The notes below the pieces were generated by a model. The model searched no databases, was not told the origin of the DNA, and worked only from the letters and a program-made list of their open reading frames with translations. The position numbers and the translations under genes are program-made. A DNA stretch of 64,000 nucleotides from Phoronis australis (lineage: Eukaryota > Animalia > Phoronida). Numbering within the stretch: position 1 is the stretch's first letter; every line of letters starts with the position of its first letter. Location: positions 210,564 to 274,563 of the forward strand of contig NMRA01000204.1 in the NCBI GenBank assembly GCA_002633005.1, given 5' to 3'. This document shows, one piece after another, positions 40,701 to 53,824 of the stretch.

Positions 40701-40982
40701 TCTTGGTCCCGCACACAAGGCAAACATTTTGCATTGCGCATGCCCGATCAACTTCGAACAGGACTGACCGCGCGAGTACGTCCTATTCTTATCCAATATC
40801 ACCCCTGGATCGTTTCACATTCAAGTTTCGCTTAGTGAGTGGGAAACCAACATGGCAAAAATTCTCTATTAATTTTTGCTTCTAAATTTTCTTCTATTGT
40901 GCCACGACTCTTACAACATCCCGATGTATGCAAAATGGTCGCTTATTTAAGGTGCGCCTAAATCTCACATCAAGGCTCTTAT

Positions 40983-41051
40983 CATGGGTGGCGCAGCACT
41001 GAAAAAAGTGGAGGCTATAACCCCCCAGACCTCTATATTGCGCCGCCCATG
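40983..41051. mobile_element. 69-bp mini-MITE (hAT-like ends)
   Basis: CATGGGTGGCGCA...TGCGCCGCCCATG (12 of 13 match); no clean TSD. Confidence 0.55.
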
Positions 41052-42324
41052 CTCACCATTAAGTTTTGACTAATGATGTTCCTCTATGTAGAAACTGCAT
41101 TCAAGCAATTAATCTATTTTTTGTGCTTGATTAAATTCTGTTTGACGTATATACTCTTCCTTGGTCACGTTATGTGGCCAAATTTGAATGTTTCTACCAT
41201 TTTGCTTTATTTAATGAACTAATATGAACTGTGAACACGTTGGCAAAAAGATTGGCCTTAAACACCAGCTCTTCATAGTTGTACAGAGGGATAGCCTGGG
41301 GAAACAACTGTTAACCTCCAGCCAGAAGCCTACCTGCACTCAGTGTTGTAGACTAAACACCATCTTAAAATGAGGTGGGGAAATACCTGCTATGTTTATT
41401 TGTCAAATAAGTATGAAACTCAAACATTTCTTTGTTTATTTTTCAAATAAACAGAAAACTCAAATGTAATATCTTGGCAGCTGCCGTTGTTCCATAATTT
41501 GCCCAGGTCAGATCATAGTACACCAGGTACTTGTGTCCAGTGGAAGATCATGGCTTAGGACCCTGTCACACACGAAAGTCATTCTCAGAATGACAGAGCT
41601 TCATTATTGAGTTTAATGAACAGTTAACACATGTACATAGGTAGTGATAAGCACACAGTACCAATTATTATGTACGTTCAAATGGCTATATGATTAAGAA
41701 ACGCTTACGACAACACTCATCTGGTCATTATGATTCTGTCACGGAAGGTCCATTACAGAAAAAAATGGGCATGAATTGGCTACACCTGATCTCTGCACAA
41801 ATCAGCAAAATTTGTTGAAACAGGCTGGAAACAAACGGAAACTTGCAATTTTGGTAAAAATTACAACATTTTTCAGTGACAGGAAGTTTTTCCTAAAATT
41901 GTAACAAGTGTGAACTGCGTATACCAAGTTCCCGATCAGCATTATATTCATACACAGGATGGTGTTTAGTAGATGAACGAGAATCCGGCTTGTAAAGATC
42001 TGACGTGTATTTTAGTATCTGATGGATTGTTCTAAAATATGTTTTGATGTAACATTTTGTTCATTTGGTTAGGCGTTATATTTCGGGATCTGAATTTTGC
42101 TCAAATGACGAGGTAACTAACCCTTAACACAGTGATGAAGGGCAGTTCTAAGCTTTTCACACCGTGTTCATAAATGCTTGCATTTGGTTGTCAACAGTTG
42201 TGTTATTTTATGTTTTTCCATTTGTGTACTTGTAATAAAGACATAAACGCAAAAAAATTTTAAAATTGTGTGACATCATCAGGGGAAGTCCTGTCTCCAC
42301 CATTGTATTGTTTTACACCAGCCC

Positions 42325-42483
42325 NNNNNNNNNNNNNNNNNNNNNNNNNNNNNNNNNNNNNNNNNNNNNNNNNNNNNNNNNNNNNNNNNNNNNNNNNNNN
42401 NNNNNNNNNNNNNNNNNNNNNNNNNNNNNNNNNNNNNNNNNNNNNNNNNNNNNNNNNNNNNNNNNNNNNNNNNNNNNNNNNNN
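42325..42483. other. Assembly gap
   Basis: Run of N. Confidence 1.
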
Positions 42484-44769
42484 CGGTAGAGGTCACAACA
42501 ATAATATACGATCACTCCAGCGAGACTCGCAAAACATGTTCTTTGTTTTTGTAGTGTAGCTGATATGCTCCCAATAGACACACGAAAATAAATAAAAGAA
42601 AGCATGTGTGTTGAAGAATGACTCTGATCATTTTCATGAGCACTGGTATAAACGGCAGAACAATGTTAGCCTCAGACCCACTCATCAATATTCAATTGAG
42701 AGTACATTAATGAACTGCATGGCTTGGTATCTTAGCGATAACTTTGATATTGCTGTCTAGTGGGTAAGGTAAGTGAAGTTTCAGGGAAGCTTCAATAAAC
42801 CAAGTTCCCCTAATGAGAAAGCATCTTAAGAACCATTCTGTATAGTTGCTGGTTGGGAAATGAGATGTGGAGCCTACAGAGTCCACAATCTACTTTTCAT
42901 CTGACTTGAGAACGATTTGAGACCAGTTTTATGGCTGTACATGTTTTAAATTAAGTTTGTTTCCTTGGTGCTACACAGGCTTTTGATTGCCTTAAAAATG
43001 AAGTTGTTTTTCTGTTTTTTTTTCTGGACGTTGTGCAGGTGGATTCAGCACCTGGGGGAAAATGAGAAGTGTTTCAAAAACAAATAAAATATGTTACATC
43101 GAAAGTACATTTACTCTCCAATCACTACCTACGTCATTCAAACTTTTCTCTTATTGCCTATTATGATCCGAAATAATGTCCATACCCTTACAGAACATTC
43201 TGGCCCATTGTCTAACAAGTTTCATAGACTAGTTACTAAAAACCAAATGGAGCTATGGTAATTCTGGTATTTAGCCCACAATATGTCCAACAAATGAATT
43301 TCTATTTTTCCAAATTTCTCCACAAAAATATAGTTTAGTAAAGTGTTAGTCTATTACTAGCATGGTTTGTACTGTGTACATGTCATTGTAATTTTCCATT
43401 GATTGCGGTAAAGTAATCAGTCATTAAAAGTTGGAAAAATGACAATTTTGGCGCTTATTTTTACGCGAAGAAATTACCGTACCTTCGTGAACCAAAACTG
43501 CAATATGTTTTATAACTGATATAAAGTGGGACTACTCAGATGTTTATTCACTTGAAGCTTTAACTCCGCCTACTTTAACTTTGTGTAGGTAAAGCCAAAA
43601 TTGTCAACTCTTTAGGTGTTACATCTCACTTCCTAACTGGCAACTATTACCTTCACATGCTTTCAGACAGAACTTGATGTTCGTGGAAGGAAATTTGCAG
43701 TGCCTGTCATTTCTTTTCTGTCGCATTTCCCAACAATGCGAGTGCTAATCCTACTGATTGGGATTACAAAAGACACCGCAATGCCTGAAGATGGGCGTTA
43801 GTAATTGCTGCCTGTTTGTGGGAACATTCTTTCCTGACCATTTTAGATATTGTTAACTAAAAACTAAAAGTCAATCATTGAAAATAAACTTTTTATTGTT
43901 TGAGGGGCAAATATTGGGTAACTACAACAGAAAAAAAGTAGTAACGCGCATTGCAAATGCTGTTTTTTTGTTGATATGTTCCGACCTCTATTCTGGAACC
44001 TTTCTGAGCAACCCTGCTGGGTGAATTGACTGAGGTATGCACCAGTGACCTTAATAACCTCAAAGAAGGGAGTGAAATTTGATTTGAGGAGCCCGTCATG
44101 TCTAGTTTTCTTTCTACCTGGAACAGTAGCAAGGGGAAGTTGTTTTTAAGAAGCTTTACCTCATCCTAATTAAACCAGATGTTACCAATCGAGAGATATT
44201 AGGTGCAAAACGGATGTTATTGAAATGTATGCTATCTAATTGTGTTTTTTAATGTGTGTTTGTGTGTTTTTGTGTTGTGTGTCTGCGTGTACGTGCATGT
44301 CTGTGTGTAATATGTAAATTTGATATTGTCGTTTTCCCATCAATGAAGCGTGACAACCACGTCTTGTCAATCAAACTAATATTGTTGTTACTAACCTTCT
44401 GGTTGCTGCTACTTTATTTAATAGGGTACTGTCACCGAATAATTAGTTTCATTTCGTTCATGATGAAATGAGATTTGATTTCATTTCAATTAGATTTAAG
44501 AGCCATTCGCTGTTACTACTCATTTCTGTAACTAAGCAACAGGTAATAGCGTTAATGGCATAGGTATTCTCATGGATGATGTACTCTAGATATAAATATA
44601 CGTACCACTTAACTACTCTGATATTTTAGTAACCCAGTCAAGTTGTAGGTCTGAATGACAGTAATGATGACTTTGTAAAGTTCACGTTTACCGCCTAGAT
44701 TCAATCCTTGTTCCAAGCGTGAGGCTGTAACTGTAACTAGGGCCTGAAGAGGCCTGTTGACTTTTAATT

Positions 44770-44930
44770 CTTGGATGCAAATTACCACCAGTATGACTAA
44801 GTCAATGAAGCATGAAGGTTCTCTTATACTCATGACTGAATACTGGCTTTCACTGGGGTCAAACTTTGAAACGAGATGGTGGGGAAACTTGGATCCATTG
44901 CCAGTGTTACAACAATTCATATTTTGTCGG
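44770..44930 (+). mobile_element. Decayed LINE (CR1/L2-group) extreme C-terminus
   Basis: NYHQYD...FTGVKL*NE...LQQF resembles H.Y.TR...F.G.KLWN...SL..FK. Confidence 0.4.
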
Positions 44931-45398
44931 TTATTTGGAATTTAAAAAATACTGGGTAGAGGCCAGGCTCTAAAATTTTGCTAGCAATCTTAAAACATAT
45001 TTGAATAACAGTGTATCATTTTAAACATTAATTTATACTGTAATTTTTCAAAAGCTAGCTGCAATGTTAAAAATATTCAGAATTTCATGATGTCATTGTT
45101 GATAGCAGCTGTTCAGTGCAGATTGTTAAAGTACTGAAGTAAAGCTTTCCTTTAGTTTATTTTTGATTAGATTTTAATGAAATAAAGTTTCACTGTTCCC
45201 CCATGTTGCGCTCTAAACTGAAGAAACTTTACCCTATTTTTAAAACATTTATTGCAAAATTTAGCAGTTGTCATATTTTCATGCTTCATACACACATATC
45301 TTTGTTTTTGAGGGACCAAATTCATGTATTAATATCAAAGGATTATGTTTTACTGAAGTGTTCAAAATAAGGTTTGTTGTGCTTATTTATTGCTACAG

Positions 45399-45566
45399 TG
45401 TATTTAATAAGTAGGCAGATTTTTATAAATCCTATACCTGCTCCGGTAGAGCTGCATTTAATGTTGAACGAGAACGGTGAATTACCACTCAAGGTGGTTT
45501 TTGAGATTGAAGAGATTAGACCTGATGAATGCCAAAACCAATCATGACCAGCCAAGTTATTACAAG
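45399..45566 (+). pseudogene. Candidate 168-nt phase 1-1 exon with one in-frame TGA
   Basis: TTATTTATTGCTACAG acceptor and AAG|GTAGCA donor; reads YLISRQIFINPIPAPVELHLMLNENGELPLKVVFEIEEIRPDECQNQS*PAKLLQ. Confidence 0.3.
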
Positions 45567-46715
45567 GTAGCACTGCGATTTTATACTTTTTATGTTTTAT
45601 GTAATGTATTTTTAGTTTGGATAATCAATGAACTCCTTATAATGATAGTGGTAGTAGTAGAGTTATAATATTTAAAAAATATTTACAAAATGTAAAACAA
45701 CAGGGGCTGTGGTCAGCAGTGATTACTACCAATACTCTTACTATATTGCCTTATCGATGCTCCTCTGTTTCAGTTACTGCAAAGTTAACTTGCGATTCTA
45801 AGTTTGGTTCAATATTTTTTAATGCTGTCTAATGGACCCGAAGTTAAGTGATCTGATCGTCTTATCATTCTCTTCTGTTTCCTGTCGTGGACCTGCGTTC
45901 AGTCAGTCGGAATGCTTGAAAGCGTTTCCTGGGACTGACCTAGGCTCCCCTACACTTTACAAAGCATGCACTTTATCTTGAAGGTATCATATTTTGAAAG
46001 GGTCCTTATCATATTGTTTGTAATTGATAAAAAATACATTATCAAGTATGATAATCTTCCGGGTTTGCATGACAATCATTTTCGCAAAACACTTATGCGA
46101 TCATTTCACTACCCCTATAATCATAACCATCACTTTACTTGGTGTGAAACTACTGTCATGGTGGCATATTATGTAAACCAATATCCTGGATGGTAATAAC
46201 CAGTTGCTACTTCTACACTGTAATTACTTAGACAAGATGTCCTTATCAGTGTTCATGGTTCAGAAGTGTATTCATTGGTCATAATAATTCGAAACGAAAC
46301 CCTTCGAGTTGTCCAGGAGAATGAACATCTAAATGAGGCAATCGTGTGATGGAAGATTCGATGAAAGTGTTATTAATAGAGATAATATTGCTGTGAAGAT
46401 CATTCGATGACTGTCCGTTGTCCTTTCCAAATTTGAACTGTAACGTGAATGGTAGATCAATTATGTTGTGGCAATTAAACTCAGTGGTCACAAACTCATC
46501 CTGTTAAAGTTTCATCGGAAAGAGTTATTGCAAGCCAGGTATTATTCACCGTATTGGTTGTTTCAAAGACCCTGGAGATGCTCGGTAGCGGCGGAAAATT
46601 GATTTTTTACGGCAGTTGTGAAAGTCATTTGAAAAGAGCCTGCTCATTAAGTTTTGCCTTCAAACTCATGAATAATATATGTTGTTTGGATTGAAAACAA
46701 TGAGAATGTATCTGA

Positions 46716-46752
46716 TATAAAGCAGTCAGATCCCTCAGATTTATATTCAATT
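46716..46752 (+). promoter_or_regulatory. Candidate TATA box and initiator
   Basis: TATAAAG at 46716-46722; Inr-like TTCAATT about 30 bp downstream, followed by a Kozak ATG and consensus donor. Confidence 0.35.
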
Positions 46753-46773
46753 AAACTACTTCAACTGCGCACC

Positions 46774-46792
46774 ATGGAGTCAAGTGGGACAG
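46774..46792 (+). CDS. Candidate first coding exon (MESSGT-, phase 1), product unknown
   Basis: GCACC-ATG-G strong Kozak context and perfect CAG|GTAAGT donor. Confidence 0.4.
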
Positions 46793-48698
46793 GTAAGTTG
46801 TGAAAATATTTTACATTTTGATAACGGTTTTAGGCTATTGCGTATTTTATATTGTTTGTTTGCACCGGCTGTGCCAAACCTACTGAATTCCCATTGATAT
46901 TATCAAACTATGCACATTGCTGTTTACCTGGTGATGTTGTAGAATATGGTGTGCATTGTTTTATACTGAATTGTGTTTTTTAAAACTTATGAAATTTTGC
47001 AGAAGTTTCTGCGACTACTGGATGGAACTTATGAAGAAAAAATAGTCAAAGACTTGAGGATTAGCTAAGAATGGTAACCCCAATGTTTCACTTGTTTTGA
47101 CGGCTAAGTTGTAAATAGGAAATAATTTAAAGTGCATTTTCATTTGAAACTCGATCATCTTGGAGGAGACTGCTTTTCTGTATACCAAATTTTTTGAGAC
47201 TATCCAATTTACAGAATTTACACTGTAGAATGTATTTCATGTGCATATTATGTCTGCTAAGTAAAATCTTTCAGCCATTATCTGCAGGGTTAGCTTTTGT
47301 CATCTCATAATTGATATTATAGTACCTCAATGCTGGTGTCTTTACATAGTCTAGCTTTTTATGGTTATACCTCAACTAGTTTGTGCAGAAACGCACCACA
47401 GTTATTGGCATTTTAGTAAGGTGTGAAGATCCATTTCTTAAATTTGACATTCTCAACTTTTCTTCAGGGTATTTAGTTTTATCTCTGATCGAAAGGGTGA
47501 TTAAACAATACATTTGATGGGATCCTGGCTAGGTAGCATTATCGCAAGAAGGGGTTTGAGAAACAATGAACTTGGCGTGCAGCAAGTTATTGATGAAACG
47601 GAGCTGTGGCTTCATTCTGTCATTTTAAGTTATTTATCACTTTGAAACTGTAAAACTGAATTTTGATAATTTACAAAAAATGAATTTTATGATTGCTAAA
47701 ATGAATTTGTCAATTTTTGTAAAGGGAAAACCACTGTCAATCTGTTTTGTCCATTTACGATATAAAAAGAGATATTCGGTCATTAGCATCGCTTGTGTGG
47801 TGCCTCTCACCAAACAATGTTAAGTAAAACTTTAAGCAATTGTGGCAATATAGTAATCCCTTAAACATTTTCCTTTTTTCCGTTTTGAAAAAATTATTTT
47901 ACAAGAGATTTAGAAAATTTTACAAGCAACTAGACACAAAATTGCCTACCAGTTTGAATAGTGTAGACATACTTTTACACCCATGTTCATTTCAAAGACC
48001 TTAGCATTATATTTATGTTATAGTTTTTTGATTTTATAATTGGTGAGCAAAACACCCTTTGTAGAAGGTAACATCTTTTGTATGGCTACACGTGTCATTT
48101 CAGGCAGGTTAAATCTAAAAATTGTTGCTTCAACCATCATTAACTGTTCGAATGCCATGGTCAGCGAATGCCCCTTAGGACTTTTGGGTAACTTTTCTTC
48201 TCACCGAATTGGTGAAAATCCTCACTTTGTTTTTTTCTTTCAAATTCTCAGCGTTTTTAAATTATGGCGTAATCTGGTTTTATTCAAGTTACTTTAAATT
48301 CATCATCAATTTTGCCATGACTTGATGGCCCCCCATTTTCTTTGCCCAAGCCAATACTGTGTGTATACGACAACAAATGAACAGGGCCCATAATAAACCA
48401 CTCAGTCTTCTGCCCATCTGTCATTTCGTCACCGATACATCTTGAGATTAGCTTTCCATTTTTTTGGTATTAGCTTTAATTATTCACTTTGGAAATAGAC
48501 TAAACTTTCCCCAAACTAGTAGATCTGAACCAAGTTGCACATGATATTGAAAACGTGCTATTTTGATTGGACATCAAACATACACTGGGCCGTCTCAGAT
48601 TACACGGCGATGAGAACTCTTCTGTCCCAGAAATAAGAAAGCGCTTGGCCTGACATTTTGGAATTCAAGCACGTTTTGTTGTCTCCCATTGATGTCAG

Positions 48699-48809
48699 GA
48701 AGGCGAAGAATTTCGGATCACGCCTCCACGGGTATTTGTCCAGTTTATCAAACTTCCTCAGCCCACACCACAGCCGGTGAACACTTTGGTGGCATTGGAA
48801 GAATAAACA
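48699..48809 (+). CDS. Candidate 111-nt phase 1-1 exon, in frame with 46774-46792
   Basis: Pyrimidine tract + CAG acceptor and ACA|GTAAGA donor; open frame (G)RRRISDHASTGICPVYQTSSAHTTAGEHFGGIGRIN; locally higher GC. Confidence 0.25.
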
Positions 48810-51355
48810 GTAAGATTAGTGCAACTGAGGAAAACTTGTAAAGAATTGGACAACAACAAACGTCATGTGAAACTCCAGTGGCACGAAAACGAGACAGCAA
48901 ATGTGCCTGATGGATGTTTACAGCATTGAGTCTTGCTGTGTAATTCGGGATGCCCCTATTGGAAATAAATATTAAAAATAGAATAAGCCATTATTGAGAA
49001 TGAAATAATCACTGAGCGGATAATGCCCCAAAAGTGATATGGGTGGATCCAACATCTTGTCTGACGTGAATGTCTGGGCAATAAACTCGAATGCAATCCA
49101 TTGGTAAAGAGTACGAAGTGTGGATGTACGGTTTCATGACAAATAGTGACCTAAACTCCCGCATGCAAGCCTTGGACAAGATATTGAAAATGCTGGACCA
49201 ATTAGTCTGGTTCAGGGGAGAAAACAAACATGGACTTGACCATCTGTGTTTTGTAGTGATCCCTGAAACTGAAATTTGTTGTTTTGGAGTGTATCTTTAC
49301 ACTGAAATTTAAACTTTCAAAAAATTTTGAAATTGTACAAGTTTTCGCTTGCAGTATACAGATTTGTAGTACGAAGGTTACATGTTTATGTGACAGATGG
49401 GTATGCAGCCCTGTAAAGCCAGAGTTGTTACTTTTCTTATGTTTTCTGCTAATTAGCTATATGACTACAATTTTGACAAAATTAATGAAATACTGAAACC
49501 CTTTCACGAAAATATTGTTATATAAATGTAAACCAAACAGCATGTGTTGTAAAGTTCAAACTTGGCCTTTTTTCACAACAGCACTTACTTAGAAACATTT
49601 TAAAATAAAGCCTCAATGCTCATTATAAGATCCATAAAAGTGGTTACCTTCTATTGGAACATACGACAAATTTTCTCATTAGTGAAACGACCTTTTTTAT
49701 AAAATGACATTAAATAAATGTCGACTTGACTCAACTTGAGTCACTTGAATAGGAGTCCATAAACCTTTCACATGTTTTTTGCAATATGCCTAGAGTAACA
49801 TTAGTGCTGTTGCCCTCTATTTTGGAATCCCAGAAGTATTTCAGGAAAGAAATGCACGTAATTCCACAAACGGTTGTGTCCCTAAGGATTCATGAAAACC
49901 AGAAAGTTATGTCGCCCCTATTGGCAGACACTGACACTAAACGGTGAGTACAATACTGGGCATGTCATGCCAACAACAGTGGTTTTACTATACAGATAAT
50001 GATCAGAATTTTAACTGAATCAACAAATCATGTAGATCATGAACAATTTTACCTCAGCATTGAATTCAGCGAAATTTGGTGAAACACAGAATATCAGAAA
50101 ATTCCAAATGCAAAATTCCTAGAACAACTGCTTGAAAAATACATGGGATTATTGCCATTAATTTTCACTTGTGAATGGCACAGTTATCTTTCTGCCCAGT
50201 ATTGGATAAATCCTGCCCAGTATTGGATAAATCATGGCTGTAATGGAATAGAATTTAAGCCTACTGTCCTTGCGATATTGTTTAATATTGTTGTTTTTAT
50301 TGTTGTTATTATCGTTATTAGAACACTGATTTTTCAAGTCTTGTAGACTATATTTTTTGTTTAGATAAATGCACTGAATTAGATCACTGAGAATACTGTT
50401 GTTCAGAATAATAATACCAAGTGTATTAAAATTTTTTACTCAAATAGTGGTTTAATGTTAGTGAAATTTGGATGCTCTGTTCCTGTGAATATGATGATGG
50501 ATCACGGTGATTTTCAGACAAATCCTACTCCTGTTGGACTACTAATTGGGAATTTTATTTTTATGATGTCTGCTTTAAATTATTTTATCTGTTGACGAAG
50601 AAGAATCTTTACAAAACTTGGCAGATATATTTGTGTTAAGGAGGGAAGGTCATTTGAAATTTTTCAAATGGTTCCAGTCATGTTTTATGACCCTTTGTAG
50701 CAATTTTGGTTTCACACATTGCTGCATACCGGTGGCTAAAGCGCCCCCTCTGTTCCTTTATTTTCGTGCCTCATTTTCGTAGTTCTAGATCTCACTCAGT
50801 CAGTCTTGAATTTTTTTGCTTTACTGTAATAGACATCAAATATTCAAAAGTTCAATAATATTTGGTTATGGTAATTAATTATCATATTGAGGAATATGAC
50901 TTTGTGCTCCTCTTCAGCAGGCAATTAATTACATTAAATGGGTCTGCGGTTTATTTAATGAGTTACTTGAAGCACAGAATCTCTGCCACACTTGTGAGCA
51001 GGGATGGTTGCGCATTAATTTCAGTTGATCTCACATGGCTTGTGAGATAAGAGAAGCACCAAAAGCAGTGTGGACATGCTCCTAAAGAGCCCCCACCAAC
51101 AGAAAGCTCCTGTGGAGGCTCTTACGGAAAGAAGGAGCGAAAAAGCTCTCGTGGGGGGTTCTTTTGAAAATCCACCGTATATAGCACAAGTTAGAACTTT
51201 GATGTGTGACTTAGTCATTGAACATGCTGTGTTTGCCATAAACAAAACTATGTGAATTTCCCTTGCTGTTCCTACGGTCGTAGGTTTGCCAATAAGTGAA
51301 ATCTCAAAACACTGTTAGTTTTCTAAATTATTTTGTTTACTTTGATGCAACTTAA

Positions 51356-52011
51356 CAGAGATGAAAAGGAGACCGGGGTAAACGATATAAGGTCATTTAT
51401 TATGACTAATACAATTACAAGTAATAGATAGCAAATAAAAATAAGTAAAATAAAAATGATAATCTCTGGTGAGATGGGCAATAAGAAAGCGCTGGCCATT
51501 TGGAGGTACGAGAAAACGACGAAAAGGGGGATGCAGGTAGGAGGTGGGAAAAAATACACAAGTTTGACAACGTACGTCAATGTGGCCGTAACAAAGAAAG
51601 TGAACTGAAACACAAGATTACATAGCAAAGAGAATGCTTAAGGACACGTGACATTCATCAGCCTATGAGAGCCAGTGGAGAGCTGAGCTAACTTAGGGCA
51701 CGTGATAACAATAGACCAATAAGAAGACTGGGAAAGCGAAGTAGTCCTAAACAATGGAATTAGTGGATTAGACGGAAGTGAGGGGGAAGGGGAGTAAGAT
51801 GGGTTCATATGCTCACATAAATATATTTAACAAGTAAAATACCATTTGTGATCGTAATATGTCCCAAATAATATGTTGTGCATCACAAGCTTGTTACCTG
51901 AGATGAAAAGAAGACCGCGGTAGGCGATATAATGTCATTTATTATGATTAATACAATTACAAGTAATAGATAGTGAATAAAAGTAAGTAAAATAAAGAAA
52001 TGGTAATCTCA
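51356..52011. repeat. Pair of ~113-bp direct repeats bracketing a purine-rich spacer (LTR/TRIM-like)
   Basis: 51356-51468 versus 51899-52011 (GAGATGAAAAG..GTCATTTATTATGA.TAATACAATTACAAGTAATAGATAG..TAATCTC). Confidence 0.7.
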
Positions 52012-52053
52012 CAGGCTATAAAAAGCACTATAAGAGATGTTGTAAGACAGCTC

Positions 52054-52823
52054 ATGCCCAACTGCAGGGTGGGGGCATATTGCCGTCATCTTTGTCTGGG
52101 CGACCGGCGTCCGCAGCTATATCTCCTAAACCCTCTGGCAGGATCTTGATGCGATTTGAAAGATGTGTTCCTATGAAGCTGATAACAGATGACCATGAAT
52201 TTCGGATGGATCCGAGTACCAGTGTGCTCTTAGTAGCAATTTTAGTTTTTTATGTCTACCTCTGTATCTTCAAAGGTCCTCTACATATTTTCATGAATTT
52301 TGGCACATACCGTAGGTATCAATTAGTGAGATGATGCCATCTTCCTGTTTTCAGTGGGATTCTAGGTATTTTGCACCACCTTAGGCCACTTTTACTATTT
52401 TCAAATCTGTTTTTTGGCGTCCACCCATACTGTGGCACCTCCTACTAGGAACATTGCTTTGTTGCGCCCATTGTTGCATCTCCTAAACCCACTGCAGGAT
52501 TTTATTAAATTTTTACAAGTGTATTCATGTGAACTTGACATAATGACAATGACTTTCAGACGGATGCAACGAACCCCAGTGCCCCCTAGTGGCAATTTCA
52601 TTTTTTTCGTTTTCCTCTGTTTCTCTGACGTTGCTCGACGGATTTTTATGAAATTTGGTAAATAGCTTTCAATTAAAGAAACGGCAATACCTTTTGGTTT
52701 TGGATGAATTTGACATATTTTGTGCCATCTAGTGGCCATTTTTATGATACAATATATACCCCTAGAACCACACCATTTGCGGTGCATTCGTGGGCACACT
52801 TTAACGCTCCGTGTTGCTGTTGT
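52054..52823 (+). mobile_element. HINE family copy, near complete
   Basis: ATGCCC..GGGGGCAT 5' hairpin, about five internal units, 3' GTGGGCAC + AACGC-TCC-GTGTT hairpin and TGTT end; 3' half closely matches 34820-35190. Confidence 0.75.
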
Positions 52824-53585
52824 TGAAAGTTTCATATGAATCTGAGCAGCAATGTCTGAGATATGATGTTCTGAATTTTCTGTAGCCAAATCAAAGCCTT
52901 ACATAACCTTATTACTGGTCAATTTGAAAATATTTGTTTGCATGTCAAAAGAGCATTATAGTTTTTGGGAATAATTTTTAGCAAGATTGGTTTGAAGTCA
53001 TTATTTATTCATGAAAGTTTTGATTGTAAAGAAGGAAAGAGTGTCTTTAAGAATGGTCTTTTTTAAATCTCACAAAAAGTAACAATTTTTACAAACACCT
53101 GGATTGTTAGTGTTTCATGAAGTAGTAGCATTCCTATGCCTTTCAATCCAGGGCATTATTGGACATTTGATCTACTGTCTGAACAATTCTCACATGTGGA
53201 GAAATCAGTGGCAGACAAATGATCTACCTTAGTTCCTAGTTGTCCACCGTCACTGCATTCAGAAGGTAAATCTGTCATCTTGCTTTGAGCAGGCTATGTT
53301 CAATGGCCTAATTGTTGCTCGGCCATGTGGATGGGCAGAATATTAGCATTTTATGGGTTTGTTCATGCTAAGTTTTCATAAGAGAGCTGACAGAAAGTAA
53401 ATCTTTGAGAAGCTTTGCCTTTAGTGACTCGCATGTCCTCTGATCAGACATTATGTTGAATTCTTCTGAACACAGTATATTAATGTGTTTTCATTAAAGG
53501 AAAGATTAATTGTCAAGCCTTTATTTCATGCAAATATCTGACTGTAAAGAATGCTTTAATATCTGAAACAGTGTTGTCTAATATA

Positions 53586-53824
53586 CAGGGCTCTGAATTT
53601 TCCTCTTGTCAGAGGATTTCCTCTTGTTTGATTTTCTATTTGATTTCCAGTTTCCTCTTTTTCCGTCTATTTCATCATTGTTTTGACTTTATTCACGTTT
53701 ATTTCAATTAAATTTCACGACACAAAAATATTTCTATCACACAAGCCCTTTTATTTTGTGGAATGATAATCACCTGGTAAATTTTCCTCTCTTTTTTTTT
53801 TGTCATCGCTCATTCCAAGCCCTG
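53586..53824. mobile_element. MITE with CAGGGC-type TIRs, copy 2
   Basis: CAGGGCT...AGCCCTG flanked by AATATA on both sides (53580-53585, 53825-53830); homologous to 3803-4050. Confidence 0.75.

Noticed and set aside
42260-42605. ORFs spanning the N gap
   Set aside because: Artefacts of translating N.
43784-43815. CCTGAAGATGG hammerhead-like start
   Set aside because: No GAAA follows the putative stem II.
43970-44012. Hammerhead-like layout on the minus strand (GTTG-CTCAGAA...GGAAC..CAAC)
   Set aside because: Several core positions are wrong and stem II is poor; at best a very old relic.
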